Shown here piece by piece: positions 1 through 11,756 of a DNA stretch of 64,000 bases (position 1 is its first letter; each line of letters starts with the position of its first letter). The notes under the pieces are model-generated. The model had not been told where the DNA came from and made no database searches. It worked only from the letters and a program-made list of their open reading frames with translations. The stretch comes from Mobula birostris (lineage: Eukaryota), in contig NC_092380.1 in assembly GCF_030028105.1 (NCBI RefSeq), positions 82,519,717-82,583,716 on the forward strand, read 5' to 3'. The position numbers were made by a program, and so were the translations under genes.

Positions 1-775
1 TCCCGGGAATTAACCTTGTGAACCTACGCTGCACTCCCTCAATAGCAAGAATGTCCTTCCTCAAATTTGGAGACCAAAACTGCACACAGTACTCCAGGTG
101 TGGTCTCACCAGGGCCCTGTACAGCTGCAGAAGGACCTCTTTGCTCTTATACTCAATTCCCCTTGTTATGAAGGCCAGCATGCCATTAGCTTTCTTCACT
201 GCCTGCTGTACTTGCATGCTTGCTTTCAGTGACTGATGTACAAGAACACCTAGATCTCGTTGTGCTTCCCCTTTTCCTAACTTGACTCCATTTAGTTAAT
301 AATCTGCCTTCCCGTTCTTACCACCAAAGTGGATAACCTCACATTTATCCACATTAAACTGCATCTGCCACGTCTGCCCACTCACCCAGCCTGTCCAAGT
401 CACCCTGCATTCTGATAACATCCTCCTCACATTTCACACTGCCACCCAGCTTTGTGTCATTGGCAAATTTGCTAATGTTACTTTTAATTCCCTCATCTAA
501 ATCATTAATATATATTGTAAACAGCTGCGGTCCCAGCACTGAAACCTGTGGTACCCCACTGGTCACCGCCTGCCATTCCAAAAGGGACCCGTTAATCGCT
601 ACTCTTTGTTTTCAGTCAGCTAGCCAATTTTCAATCCATGTCAGTACTCTGCCCCCAATACCATGTGCCCTAATTTTGCCCACTAATCTCCTATGTGGAA
701 CTTTATCAAAGGCTTTCTGAAAGTCCAGGTATACTACATCCACGGGCTCTCCCTTGTCCATTTTCATAGTTACAT
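1..775 (-). mobile_element. CR1-clade (HER1-like) LINE reverse transcriptase fragment, continues past the left edge
   Basis: Minus-strand ORFs carry the CR1 RT motifs VDVVYLDFQKAFDKVPH, SGVPQ.SVLGPQLFTIYINDL and SKFA(N)DTKL; interrupted by stops. Confidence 0.9.
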
Positions 776-1774
776 AGATCACTCCAATTTTAGTCTGTGA
801 AAAAGGTCTTCCTTTGTCTGGCATTAATTGACAATAAAAAAAAAGAACTGTATTGCACTGAAATAGTGTTGACTATTTTTGGAAAGAAGAATAAATAACA
901 GGAATAATGCTGAAGGTATTTTATTAACTGATTCTGAGTAACTTTCACCCAGTTTCATTTGAATTCTTGCAGGTTGTACTTCAAATGTGCTAATGTTTTC
1001 AATCAAGCAAAGAAATCAGAAATGTTAACAAATAACAGTGAATGAAAAAAAAATATGTTTCTGATTGTTATATTGAAAGAGATGTGAGTCAGCATTATAA
1101 GATACTATTTCAAAGTACTTAAGAAAAATGTAAATGTAAATGTAAAAAATTTAAACCAGACAGTGGGATCAAGGACTGAACCTTTTAGCATTTTTGCCAT
1201 GCAAGGTTAATTCCAAGAGGTACTGAAGGAAAGTTCAGAGACAAATTTATTGAGGACCGAAGTTCCTGCATTTTATTTTTATATGCTTTCTGGAATCTGT
1301 CAGGGAAGCTAAGTAAACATGCACAACATTCTTAGGTCCAGTATAAACAGTTCACTAGGAATGCTGAGGTCTGAAAAGTTAGTTTGCAAAACAATGATGC
1401 AATATCTTACTGATCAAACAATCAAGCAGAGGAATTTGAAACAACTCATTTAATTAACTCTTATTGCCAATTTTGATTTTTGATATCTATTCTTATACAT
1501 ACAAAATGCAATTACACTTAATATTAATGTTCTTAAAAAATTGCAAATATAAAACTGAAACTAACATTTGCTTGTCAAATGTTAAAAATATATGCTCATA
1601 TTTGTGAGTTAAATTGTATTCACAAAATGCAAACAGGAACTACACATTAAACATTTTACTTCAACATACAATTTTAAAACTTTATTAACTTTGCATGAGG
1701 AGTCTGGTTGTCTTCAGTTTAGCTCACAATGAGTTCCCAGTTTCATGTCTTTAAGTGGAGATGTGCATATACTA

Positions 1775-2135
1775 AGATAAGTGCATAAGATAATGAGAGG
1801 CATTGATCGTGTGGATAGCCAGGGGCTTTCTCTCAGGGCGGAAATGGCTAGCACGAGAGGGCACAGTTTTAAGGCGCTTAGAAGTAGTTGCAGAGGAGAT
1901 GTCAGGAGTAAGTTTTTTACGCAGAGAGTGGTGAGTGCGTGGAATGGGCTGCCGGCGACGGTGGTGGAGGCGGATATGATAGGGTCTTTTAAGAGACTCC
2001 TGGACAGGTACATGGAGCTTCGAAAAATAGAGGGCTATGGGTAACCTTAGGTAATTTCTAAGGTAAGGACATGTTTGGCACAGCTTTGTGGGCCGAAGGG
2101 TCTGAATTGTGCTGTAGGTTTTCTAGGTTTCTATA
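1775..2135 (+). mobile_element. CR1-clade LINE 3' end (5'-truncated)
   Basis: ORF 1781-2044 (TRGHSFK...FFTQRVVSAWNGLP) matches the CR1 ORF2 C-terminus; followed by a 3' UTR and a TTTCTA-type tail. Confidence 0.85.
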
Positions 2136-2228
2136 ACTTCATTCGTCATCCCAGATTATTTTGCATTTCAATGGTCTGCTGTTAGAAGAGCAGGAGCTGT
2201 AGAGGCAGGTGTCAGCCTCCATCTGGAG

Positions 2229-2307
2229 CAGGAGTTCCCAACCTGGGCTCCATGGAGCCCTCGGTTAATGATAGGGGTCCATGGCATAGAAAGGTTGGGA
2301 ACCCCGT
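2229..2307. mobile_element. Small hAT-type MITE (~80 bp)
   Basis: Terminal inverted repeats CAGGAGTTCCCAACC / GGTTGGGAACCCCG; TSD degenerate. Confidence 0.55.
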
Positions 2308-2544
2308 ACTTAGAGAAGGGTACGTAGTAGGAGGGCACACTTAAGGGAATGAATGGAAGGAAAGAAAATAAGATGAACTTCTGAAATAAGAGGAATTTTG
2401 AAGGCCACTATACATTTTTAAAGTAAATGTCATCAATAGGAAAATTGCACAAATAATTGTAGTAATTGCTAAGAATGACATGAGAAACCATCTTGGTGCA
2501 CTGTTCAAAAATGTTTGTATGTTAATGACATGAAAATGGAGACA

Positions 2545-2950
2545 CCTCCTTCTCCCTTATTAGGGAGAGAACCTGTGGAATGTCGAATACTGGGTGAAAC
2601 ATGAAGTCTTTGGGGTAACTGCAAGTCTGTGTCTTTGCTATTGAACCAATTTCCCCCGGGATCAATAAAGTATGACTATGACTATGACTATTGCTCAGCT
2701 CACGCTCGAGTGCTTGGTGGCGCTGCCGATGTTTGCTTTTTTTTGCCGGCGGGGGGAGGGGGGGTTGTTGCTCGCTGCCGCTTACGCGTGGGAGGGAGGG
2801 GAGCTGGCGGGGACTTTGGGGTTCTTACATTTAACTGTTCATTCTTTGGGGCACTTTTCTGTTTTCATGGATGTTAGTGGAAAAAAAAGCATTTCAGGAT
2901 ATATACTGCATACATTTCTTTGACATTAAATTGTACTTTTGAACCTTTGA
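2545..2950 (+). mobile_element. Non-autonomous retroposon with a Rex/Babar-like tail, interrupted by a 44-bp LINE-end insertion at 2644-2687
   Basis: Ends in ATTAAA...TTTGAACCTTTGAA; the internal insert is flanked by a CTATTG duplication. Confidence 0.5.
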
Positions 2951-3902
2951 ACATGGTTTCCCAGTAGATATACTGAAAGGCAGTGATGTCTAAAGGTAAA
3001 TCCATGAAACAATAATGAAAAAGATATAGCAGTAAGAGGCTAAAGAGATGTCTGGAGGCCGCCATACCTTAACGATTAAGGTTAACTGAAGTGAAATCAG
3101 GCAGCAGTTAAACAAAAGAAAACATTATACTGCTGCAATGACATTGAACTATGGTCTTTCATTCATGTGTCTTTTTTCTGTTCTTTTGAAATTATTGAAT
3201 GATTTTTAAAAATTAAGTGATACCATTCATTTAAACTTTATTAAATTGTGAAAAATGTCAATGGTCTGTCCAGGAATTCAACAGAGTGGAACATTAGATG
3301 CTAAAATGTTATCTATTTACCATTTTAAAAACTATGTTTCAGAGACTTTAGATGTACCCTCGAGAGGGAACTATTGAACAATGTATTTTGAGAGGTTGAC
3401 TCTTTGAAGGGACTGGTAATGTATAAACAAATAAAAATTTATTTCATGTATTCAGAGCCGTTTTAGAATTTATAAAACTGAGCAAATTATTTTCTAAGTG
3501 TTATCATTTTATTATATTGTCCCTTAAATTTGTACAGCTGAAGGAAGCGTGCTTCGTATTTACGTGTGACACATAAAATACGTTTCAAAGAGATGATAAT
3601 AAAGGTTTACTAAACGAAATCTCCGAAAAACTGTAGTTTGAATGAGTTTTTGCAAATTTTTGAATTTGTAAAGCAATCTTACTGTCTGGATCATGGTTGC
3701 AGGAAACAGGCTTCTTTTTTAAGAATCAAAAAAATTCAGCTCCGGCTGAAATCGATCAATTCAACAGCAAACTTGTGAATTTTTTTCTTGTGCAGTGTTC
3801 AGCCCCCGGGACACCGGCACAGCTGGTCCGGGGGAGAGGGGGGACATTTAACATGACGGAAAGGGGGAGTGTTGGGTATCGGACCGGATACGGCAGTTGG
3901 TG

Positions 3903-4049
3903 ATGGCGGGCTTGTTTGCACGGATCGTTTTCTATCCGAGTTTAGGCTACAACATCTTCATGTCGAAGGTGTTCGGTCGCCACTGGTATGACCGGATTGA
4001 CCAGACCGTCATTATTGGGGCTCTCCCTTTCCGCTCGCTCACCGAGGAG
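3903..4049 (+). CDS. PTPMT1: PTPMT1 coding exon 1 (mitochondrial phosphatidylglycerophosphatase)
   Basis: MAGLFARIVFYPSLGYNIFMSKVFGRHWYDRIDQTVIIGALPFRSLTEE; donor GAG|GTAGGA, phase 0; CpG-rich context. Confidence 0.93.
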
Positions 4050-4156
4050 GTAGGAGCGGGACTGGGGGAAGGGAGGCCGGCAGCCCCGGCCGGACAGTGC
4101 GCATCTCGTCACTTTGAGGGAGAATGGAATTGGGAAGGGGAGGTAATCCGGTCACA

Positions 4157-4250
4157 GAGAAGAGAAAATCTGCAGATGCTGGAAATCCAAGCAACGCACA
4201 CAAAATGCTCGAGGAACTTAGCAGGCCAGGGAGCATCTATGGAAAAGAAG
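4157..4250 (-). mobile_element. Penelope-like pseudo-LTR terminal fragment
   Basis: AAGAGAAAATCTGCAGATGCTGGAAATCCAAGCAAC...GCATCTATGGAAAAG is shared with copies at 32241, 34296, 60850 and 62245. Confidence 0.7.
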
Positions 4251-4694
4251 AAGGAGAGGGGCGGGTAGGGGTTTGGATTGGGATTGGTGACTGGGAGGAT
4301 GGAGGGAATTGAGAATGTGAAGGTGATATGGGTTGCGGTTGTTGGGCAGTGGGGGTAAGAGGGAGAGATCGACAGCTAGCACTGGATTTGATAGAACTAA
4401 GAAATTGCTACGAGAACCAGCATCCCAGTCCAAATGTCGGGTCTTGACTTGAGACCTGCGCAAATGCTAACTAATAGGTTGAGTTCGACACATTTTTTTT
4501 AAGCTGCAGTCTTGTGTGTTTCCTATTTGTACCCTTGCTGCATGGTCTGCTCAGCCGGGGAAATAGACTTGGTGTTAGCTGATTCGTGGTTCAAAAGTAA
4601 AATTTATTATCAGAGTACACATATGTCACCACGTACAACCCTGAAGTTCATTTTCTGTGGGTATACTTAGCAAATCTATAGAACAATAACAATA

Positions 4695-7570
4695 TTGCAG
4701 TGAGGATGAGAGAAATGTTGAGGTAGACATTGCAGTGAGGAGTGAGAGGTGTGGAGATGGACATTATGCTGAGGAGGGAGAGAAGTGTGGAGATGAACAT
4801 TATGGTGATGGTGAGAGGTGTGGAGATGGACATTGCGGTGATGGTGAGAGAAGTGTGGAGATGGACATTGTGGCGAGGAGGGAGAGAGGTGTGGAGATGG
4901 ACATTGCGGCGAGGAGGGAGAGAGGTGTGGAGATGGACATTGTGGCGAGGAGGGAGAGAGGTGTGGAGATGGATATGCGGCGAGGAGGGAGAGAGGTGTG
5001 GAGATGGACATCGCGGCGAGGAGGGAGAGAGATATGGAGATGGACATCGCAGCGAGGAGGGAGAGAGGTGTGGAGATCGACACTGCGGCGAGGAGGGAGA
5101 GAGGTGTGGAGGTGGACATTGCGGCGAGGAGGGAGAGAGGTGTGGAGGTGGACATTGCGGCGAGGAGGGAGAGAGGTATGGAGGTGGACATTGCGGTGAT
5201 GGTGAGAGAAGTGTGGAGATGGACATTGCGGCGAGGAGGGAGAGAGGTGTGGAGATGGACATTACGGTAATGGTGAGAGAGGTGTGGAGGTGGACATTGC
5301 GGTGATGGTGAGAAGTGTGGAGATAGACATTGCGGCGAGGAGGGAGAGAGATGTGGAGATGGACATTGCGGCGAGGAGGGAGAGAGGTGTGGAGATGGAC
5401 GTTGCGGTGAGGAGGGAGAGAGGTGTGGAGATGGACACTGCGGTGAGGAGGGAGAGAGGTGTGGAGATGGACACTGCGGTGAGGAGGGAGAGAGGTGTGG
5501 AGGTGGACATTGCGGCGAGGAGGGACAGAGGTGTGGAGATGGACACTGCGGCGAGGAGGGAGAGAGGTGTGGAGATGGACACTGCGGTGAGGAGGGAGAG
5601 AGGTGTGGAGATGGACACTGCGGCGAGGAGGGAGAGAGGTGTGGAGATCGACACTGCGGCGAGGAGGGAGAGAGGTGTGGAGGTGGACATTGCGGCGAGG
5701 AGGGAGAGAGGTATGGAGGTGGACATTGCGGTGATGGTGAGAGAAGTGTGGAGATGGACATTGCGGCGAGGAGGGAGAGAGGTGTGGAGATGGACATTGC
5801 GGCGAGGAGGGAGAGAGGTGTGGAGATGGCATTGCGGTGATGGTGAGAGAAGTGTGGAGATGAACATTGCGGCGAGGAGGGAGAGAGCTGTGGAGATGAA
5901 CATCGTGGCGAGGAGGGAGAGAGGTGTGGAGATGGACACTGCGGCGAGGAGGGAGAGAAATGTGGAGATGGACACTGCGGTGAGGAGGGAGAGAGGTGTG
6001 GAGATGGACACTGCGGGGAGAAGGGAGAGTGGTGTGGAGGTGGACATTGCGGCAAGGAGGGAGAGAAATGTGGAGATGGACACTGCGGTGAGGAGGGAGA
6101 GAGGTGTGGAGGTGGACATTGTGGCGAGGAGGGAGAGAGGTGTGGAGATGGACACTGCGGCGAGGAGGGAGAGAGGTGTGGAGATGGACACTGCGGGGAG
6201 AAGGGAGAGAGGTGTGGAGGTGGACATTGCGGCAAGGAGGGAGAGATATGGAGATGGACATCGCAGCGAGGAGGGAGAGAGGTGTGGAGATCGACACTGC
6301 GGTGAGGAGGGAGAGAGGTATGGAGGTGGACATTGCGGTGATGGTGAGAGAAGTGTGGAGATGGACATTGCGGCGAGGAGGGAGAGAGGTGTGGAGATGG
6401 ACATTACGGTAATGGTGAGAGAGGTGTGGAGGTGGACATTGCGGTGATGGTGAGAAGTGTGGAGATAGACATTGCGGCGAGGAGGGAGAGAGATGTGGAG
6501 ATGGACACTGCGGCGAGGAGGGAGAGAGGTGTGGAGATGGACACTGCGGCGAGGAGGGAGAGAGGTGTGGAGATGGACAGTGCGGCGAGGAGGGAGAGAG
6601 GTGTGGAGATGGACACTGCGGCGAGGAGGGAGAGAGGTGTGGAGGTGGACATTGCGGCGAGGAGGGAGAGAGGTGTGGAGATGGCATTGCGGTGATGGTG
6701 AGAGAAGTGTGGAGATGAACATTGCGGCGAGGAGGGAGAGAGCTGTGGAGATGAACATCGTGGCGAGGAGGGAGAGAGGTGTGGAGATGGACACTGCGGC
6801 GAGGAGGGAGAGAGGTGTGGAGATGGACACTGCGGGGAGAAGGGAGAGAGGTGTGGAGGTGGACATTGCGGCAAGGAGGGAGAGAAATGTGGAGATGGAC
6901 ACTGCGGTGAGGAGGGAGAGAGGTGTGGAGGTGGACATTGCGGCAAGGAGGGAGAGAGGTGTGGAGATGGACATTACGGTAATGGTGAGAGAGGTGTGGA
7001 GGTGAACATTGCAGTGATGGTGAGGGAAGTGTGGAGATGGACATTGCGGCGAGGAGGGAGAGAGATGTGGAGATGGACGTTGCGGCGAGGAGGGAGAGAG
7101 GTGAGATGGACACTGCGGCGAGGAGGGAGAGAGGTGTGGAGATGGATATTGCGGCGAGGAGGGAGAGAGGTGTGGAGATGGACATTGTGACGGTGAGAGA
7201 AGTGTGGAGATGGACACCGGCGAGGAGGGAGAGAGGTGTGGAGATCGACATTGCGGCGAGGAGTGAGAGAGGTGTGGAGATGGACATTGCGGTGAGGAGG
7301 GAGAGAGGTGTGGAGATGGACACTGCTGTGAGGAAGGAGAGAGGTATGGAGATGGACGTTGCGGTGACGGTGAGAGAAGTGTGGAGATGGACATCGCGGC
7401 GAGGAGGGAGAGAGGTGTGGAGATGGACATTGCGGTGAGGAGGGTTAGAGGTGTGGAGATGGATATTGCGGTGAGGAGGGAGAGAGGTGTGGAGATGGAC
7501 ATTGTGAGGAGGGAGAGAGGTGTGGAGGTGGACATTGTGGTGAGGGAGAGAAGTGTGGAGATAGACATTT
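4695..7570 (+). repeat. G-rich minisatellite, ~36-bp unit GAGGAGGGAGAGAGGTGTGGAGATGGACATTGCGGC with 33-35 bp variant units, roughly 80 copies
   Basis: Tandem repetition is directly visible; it produces the spurious 12-aa periodic ORFs (RRERGVEMDIAA / MSISTPLSLLAA). Confidence 0.97.
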
Positions 7571-7860
7571 CATCTTGGCACAACAGGTGGGCATGGAGCG
7601 ATACGTTGGAGCAGGATTGGGAATTAAAATATTTGGTCATCGGGAAGTTCTGCTTTTGGTTGATGGAGCGGAGGTGCTCGACAAAGCAGTCTCCCAATTT
7701 ATGGCGATTCTCACCAGTGTAGTGGAGGCTGCATGGGGAGCAGCAGATACAATGGACGACCCCAGCAGATTCGCAGTCAGATGTTGCTTCACCTGGAATG
7801 ACTTTTTTGGGCCTGAATGGACATGAGGGAGGAGGTGAATGGGCAGTGTGGCACTTTGCA
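7571..7860 (-). mobile_element. Degenerate Penelope-like GIY-YIG endonuclease fragment
   Basis: Minus-strand GDCFVEHLRSINQKQNFPMTKYFNSQS..NVSLHAHLLCQDE aligns with GDRFAKYLRSVHQNKWDLPVATHFNS...NMSIHGLLHCRDE at 60378. Confidence 0.75.
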
Positions 7861-8284
7861 GGTAGTGGAGAAAGGGAACTGGGTTGGTTTGCCAGACACA
7901 GGAGGGTGATTCAGCAGTACGGTTTTACATCTCTTGTACCATTTAGTAAAAGCATGGTTGAAATTTTTCTGAATAATGAGGAGTTCTATGTTTCAATTAA
8001 TCTTGGAATAAGGTTCTTGCCTCCATGAGAATCTCCTTTTATATTTTTGTTGTACGATTGATTCATTAATCTTGTACTGTCAATCCAGCAGACATTTGTT
8101 TCAGTTTATAATGTTGCACCTTTAATATTTCTTTATTCATTGCCTTTTTAAATCGAATCCTTCATTATAACTACACAACTTCATTTTTATGACAAATTGT
8201 ACATTTTTCATCATCCGTAGCTTCAATGCTGTTCCCAAACATCTGTTACATTTGTAATTGTGTTCTGAGTGGTAGATTGCATAA

Positions 8285-8620
8285 TCTGGAAGTTTGGTTG
8301 ATCGCTGAGCTTGGTAAAACGTTAGCAGACGTTTTGGCTCCAATCAAGAAGCCATCGTCAGTGTGCAGTCGAGTGTTGTCTCCGTGGAATGCTGGCTTGT
8401 ATACTTCCGGGGTCCAAATGGGAATTGATCATGGCCAGGTCACGATGTCTAATCAATATCCATTCAGACCACAGAGGAGTATATAAGCTGGCATTCTGAG
8501 GAGACAATGCCCTCAACTGTGCACTGATGATGGTTTCTCAATTGGAGCGGAAACAGCAAAATATTTGCAGACATTTCGGCAATCAACCAAACTTCCAAGT
8601 AGCCAACCCGAGCTACCAGT
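8285..8620. mobile_element. Inverted-repeat element (arms ~8287-8408 and ~8477-8596) with hammerhead-like cores; probably a second Penelope-type family
   Basis: GGAAGTTTGGTTGAT...AATGCTGGCTTGTATACTTCC is mirrored by GGAGTATATAAGCTGGCATT...ATCAACCAAACTTCC; each arm has CTGANGA-stem-(G/A)AAAC. Confidence 0.6.
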
Positions 8621-9021
8621 ATTCCGCAATATTTCAAATTGCTTACTCTCATTTGCCTTATGTGTGGCTCTTTTATTTCCATTTCCGCTTTCAACAATCT
8701 GACTCTGTGCTTAAGTTTGTGTCCCTATTATAATTAATCCATCTGAGAATTTTGCTGTGGAATAGTTTTTGTTTCCCTTGCAACCATTGTGTGCATATGG
8801 TTGAATGATAGTTAAACTTGCACTTGATAAATGATTAATGTTCTAATTTGTCTTTCACCTTCTGCAAATTTTTGATAGTTTTTTTATATGGTGAGTTAAG
8901 TGGTATCAAGAAATTTTCATGAGTTCTTAAGCTTTTATGTAACCCTACCCGAGGCACAGTCACATATATAAACATTTCATTTTTTTTCTGTGAATTATTC
9001 TTAGTGTGTTTGGACTTTCAG

Positions 9022-9102
9022 CTAGTAACAAAAGAGAATGTGCGAGGAGTGATAACCATGAATGAAGATTATGAAACCAAGTTCTTTGTAAACACAGCTG
9101 AG
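9022..9102 (+). CDS. PTPMT1: PTPMT1 coding exon 2
   Basis: TTTCAG|LVTKENVRGVITMNEDYETKFFVNTAE|GTAAGT; 81 nt, phase 0/0. Confidence 0.95.
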
Positions 9103-9689
9103 GTAAGTGGAAAAAATGAACAAACAGATTTCCAGGTCATACATTTCAATTTTAGGAAAGGTTCTCCATGTGATAAGAGAGTTACAAGGGACGACAGTTA
9201 TTTTCATTATTGAGTTGGACAAATGAGAAGTGCAAAATGCAGTCAAGTTTCAAGATTATGCTGCAGACTATTATCTCAGAATTTCTGGAAAAAGTGTAGT
9301 AATACTCATCTATCATCAGTCATTTTCACATTTTGCTTCTACTGCATACTATTCCCTTATAACACCATGAAACATTACCATTTATCAAGTGAAATAAACT
9401 GAGTTGTAAGGTAGTGACTTTGGTAGGAGCTTATTTAAATGTGGCAGTTTTATTCTTTAATGATGTGTAGCAATATATATCACTCTCAGTTATAATTTAG
9501 ATTCCTTGTCTGAAAATTCTAATTCTTGTAATTCTGATAATCTTCTACAATTTTTTTCCACATGACTGAACTTTGTGAGCCCTATGTCTTGGAAAGCTCC
9601 TTTAACATCTGTCACCCAAGCTCACTGCTGTTTTTATTGGATAATACACACACAAACTTTACTTGAGCTTGTCCAATAGGTCTGAGATT

Positions 9690-11205
9690 CATTCACTTTC
9701 TGTGGCTGAGCAGAGGCGGGGGAGTGTGGAGGAAGGATGAACAACATAACCGTGGTTATAGTTTAGGGAGCTGTTCAACACATTGCAGAGAAGAGAAATG
9801 TAGTTGTAATTGGTGATAGTACAGTCAGGAGAACAGACACAATTCTCTGTTACAAGGATTGACAGTCTTGATAGCTGTGTTGCCTGCTCGGTTCCTGAGT
9901 CCAGCACAACTCATCTGACCTACAGAGGAATTTGAAGTGAGGGGGAAAGAACCAGTTGTCATGATACACATCAGTACTAATGACGTAGAAGTTAAGGGAA
10001 TATGAGCAGCTAATGACTAAAGTAAAAGGCAGAACCAAAAAATGCAGAAACCTCTATATTGCTATTTGAGCTAAGTGCCAATTGTCACAGGAGCAATACT
10101 TTTAGGGAGTTAAATGAGTGGCTCAAAGATTGGTGTGGAAGAAGAGGGTTTCAAGTCATGGCACCAGTATCGAGGAAGGAAGGAGCTGTTCCGATGGGAT
10201 GGGCTTGATCTGACCCATGCTGGAAGCAGGGTCCTGGATGAATCACATAACTGGGGTTATTGATAGGACTTTAAACTAAATAGCAGGTGGTTGACTTCAA
10301 CAAATCATATAAAATAAAAAGGGAAGGAGAGTGCAAGAGAGCTTACTGAAGTCTCCAAAGTAAGAAAAAGACAAAATTTAGATAGGAATAAGAATTTAAC
10401 TTCAGACAGTATGGAGACAAATTTGAGAGCAGTAGTGATTACAGGACTGAAGATATAATATTTGAATGCACACAGTATATAAAACAAGATAGATGGTCTT
10501 ATAGAGCAGTTACAAGTAGACAGGTGTGACATTGTAAGTATCACAGAGTCAATGTAGAAAGAAGATCTTGACTTGGAGCTAAACATCCAAGGATACACTT
10601 ATCCTAGGCAGCATAAAACTGAAAGAGAGGGTATGTATTAGAGCAAAAAATTAGGGAGCTAGAGGATTGAGAAACTTAAAAAAAAAAATTCAACAGAGGC
10701 AACCTGGGGAAGAAAAGATGAAATGTATAAGAGAATGCCAGAAGTTTTTTTTAGACAAAAGAGTAAAAGAGAGGCGAGGGAGGAGAGAATAGAGTACGAG
10801 ATGTTCTGTATTGAACTGTTGGAAGATTATGCCAGAGAAGTAGTAATGGGGGGGAGGGGGGAAGTATTTTGCATCAGTTTTCACTGTGGTATGCCAGAAA
10901 TTGAAAAAGGTCAGGGGCAGAAGTGAGCATAGTTACTATTACAAAGAAGATGCTTGGGAAGCTGGAAATCTGAAGGTGCATAACCAGATGAACTACACCC
11001 TAGGGCTCTGAAAGAGGTAGCTGAAGGCATTAGTAGTGATGTTTCATGAATCACTAGATTTAGGAATAGTTTCAGAGGACTGGAAAATCACAAATGTTGC
11101 TCCACTCTTTAAAACAGGAAGACAGGCTATAGAGGGAAAGCAGGAGAATGGAGTTGAAGGAAAATAATAAACAGTCACGATCGAATGGCAGAGCAGACTC
11201 AATGA
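9690..11205 (+). mobile_element. Highly decayed CR1 LINE 5' part (SGNH-esterase ORF1 and fragments of ORF2)
   Basis: Remnants VVIGDSTVRRTD and VVMIHISTNDV (esterase), IYLNAHSI (APE start) and EDWKITNVAPLFK; many deletions. Confidence 0.6.
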
Positions 11206-11564
11206 GCCAGTTTTTTTTTCTGGTATCATTGTTTTTTGTGAATTCATTTGATTGATTTCTATTTTGCAGTAAGCAATTCCAGACAGCAAGTTCAATTAAT
11301 GAAAGATATGCTATAGAAGTATATGTTCAATAATTTAGTTACCCAGTTTTATACAAAGCTTCAAGTTTATTTGAAACATAACCCATATTAATATTTGGAT
11401 GTTTTTGATATGATTTGAAGGAAGTTTATAAACGAATGTTGATTCTACCTTGAGATCGTTAACAATTTACAGGAAATGGAGCAACTGTTGGAAAAATAAT
11501 ACATGGTTTGAGATGGCCCTTTGCTCTGTAAGCTTTCATTTTCAGAGTGGAGTTTGTATTTCAG

Positions 11565-11756
11565 GAATGGGAGTCACTTGGAGTCGAACAGTTAAGACTC
11601 AGCACAGTTGATATACTTGGTGTACCAAAATTGGAAGATCTGAAGAAGGGTGTTGATTTCGTTACTAAATATCGTAAAAAAGGAAGCTGTGTCTATGTGC
11701 ATTGCAAGGCTGGACGCTCCCGGAGTGCCACTATGGTAGCTGCATATCTAATTCAT
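11565..11756 (+). CDS. PTPMT1: PTPMT1 coding exon 3 (catalytic P-loop)
   Basis: TTTCAG|EWESLGVEQLRLSTVD...VYVHCKAGRSRSATMVAAYLIH|GTATGT; 192 nt; CX5R motif HCKAGRSR. Confidence 0.97.

Noticed and set aside
4050-4268. Extension of the PTPMT1 ORF to 123 aa
   Set aside because: Homology stops at the donor at 4049/4050; the rest is intron plus a repeat fragment.
4695-7570. 36-bp repeats as a CRISPR array
   Set aside because: Units are directly adjacent with no unique spacers, there are no cas genes, and the context is a eukaryotic intron.
4648-7697. Very long ORFs (891, 811, 519 and 387 aa) on both strands
   Set aside because: They arise from a stop-poor 36-bp tandem unit that is open in several frames at once; the region is intronic and shows no domain.
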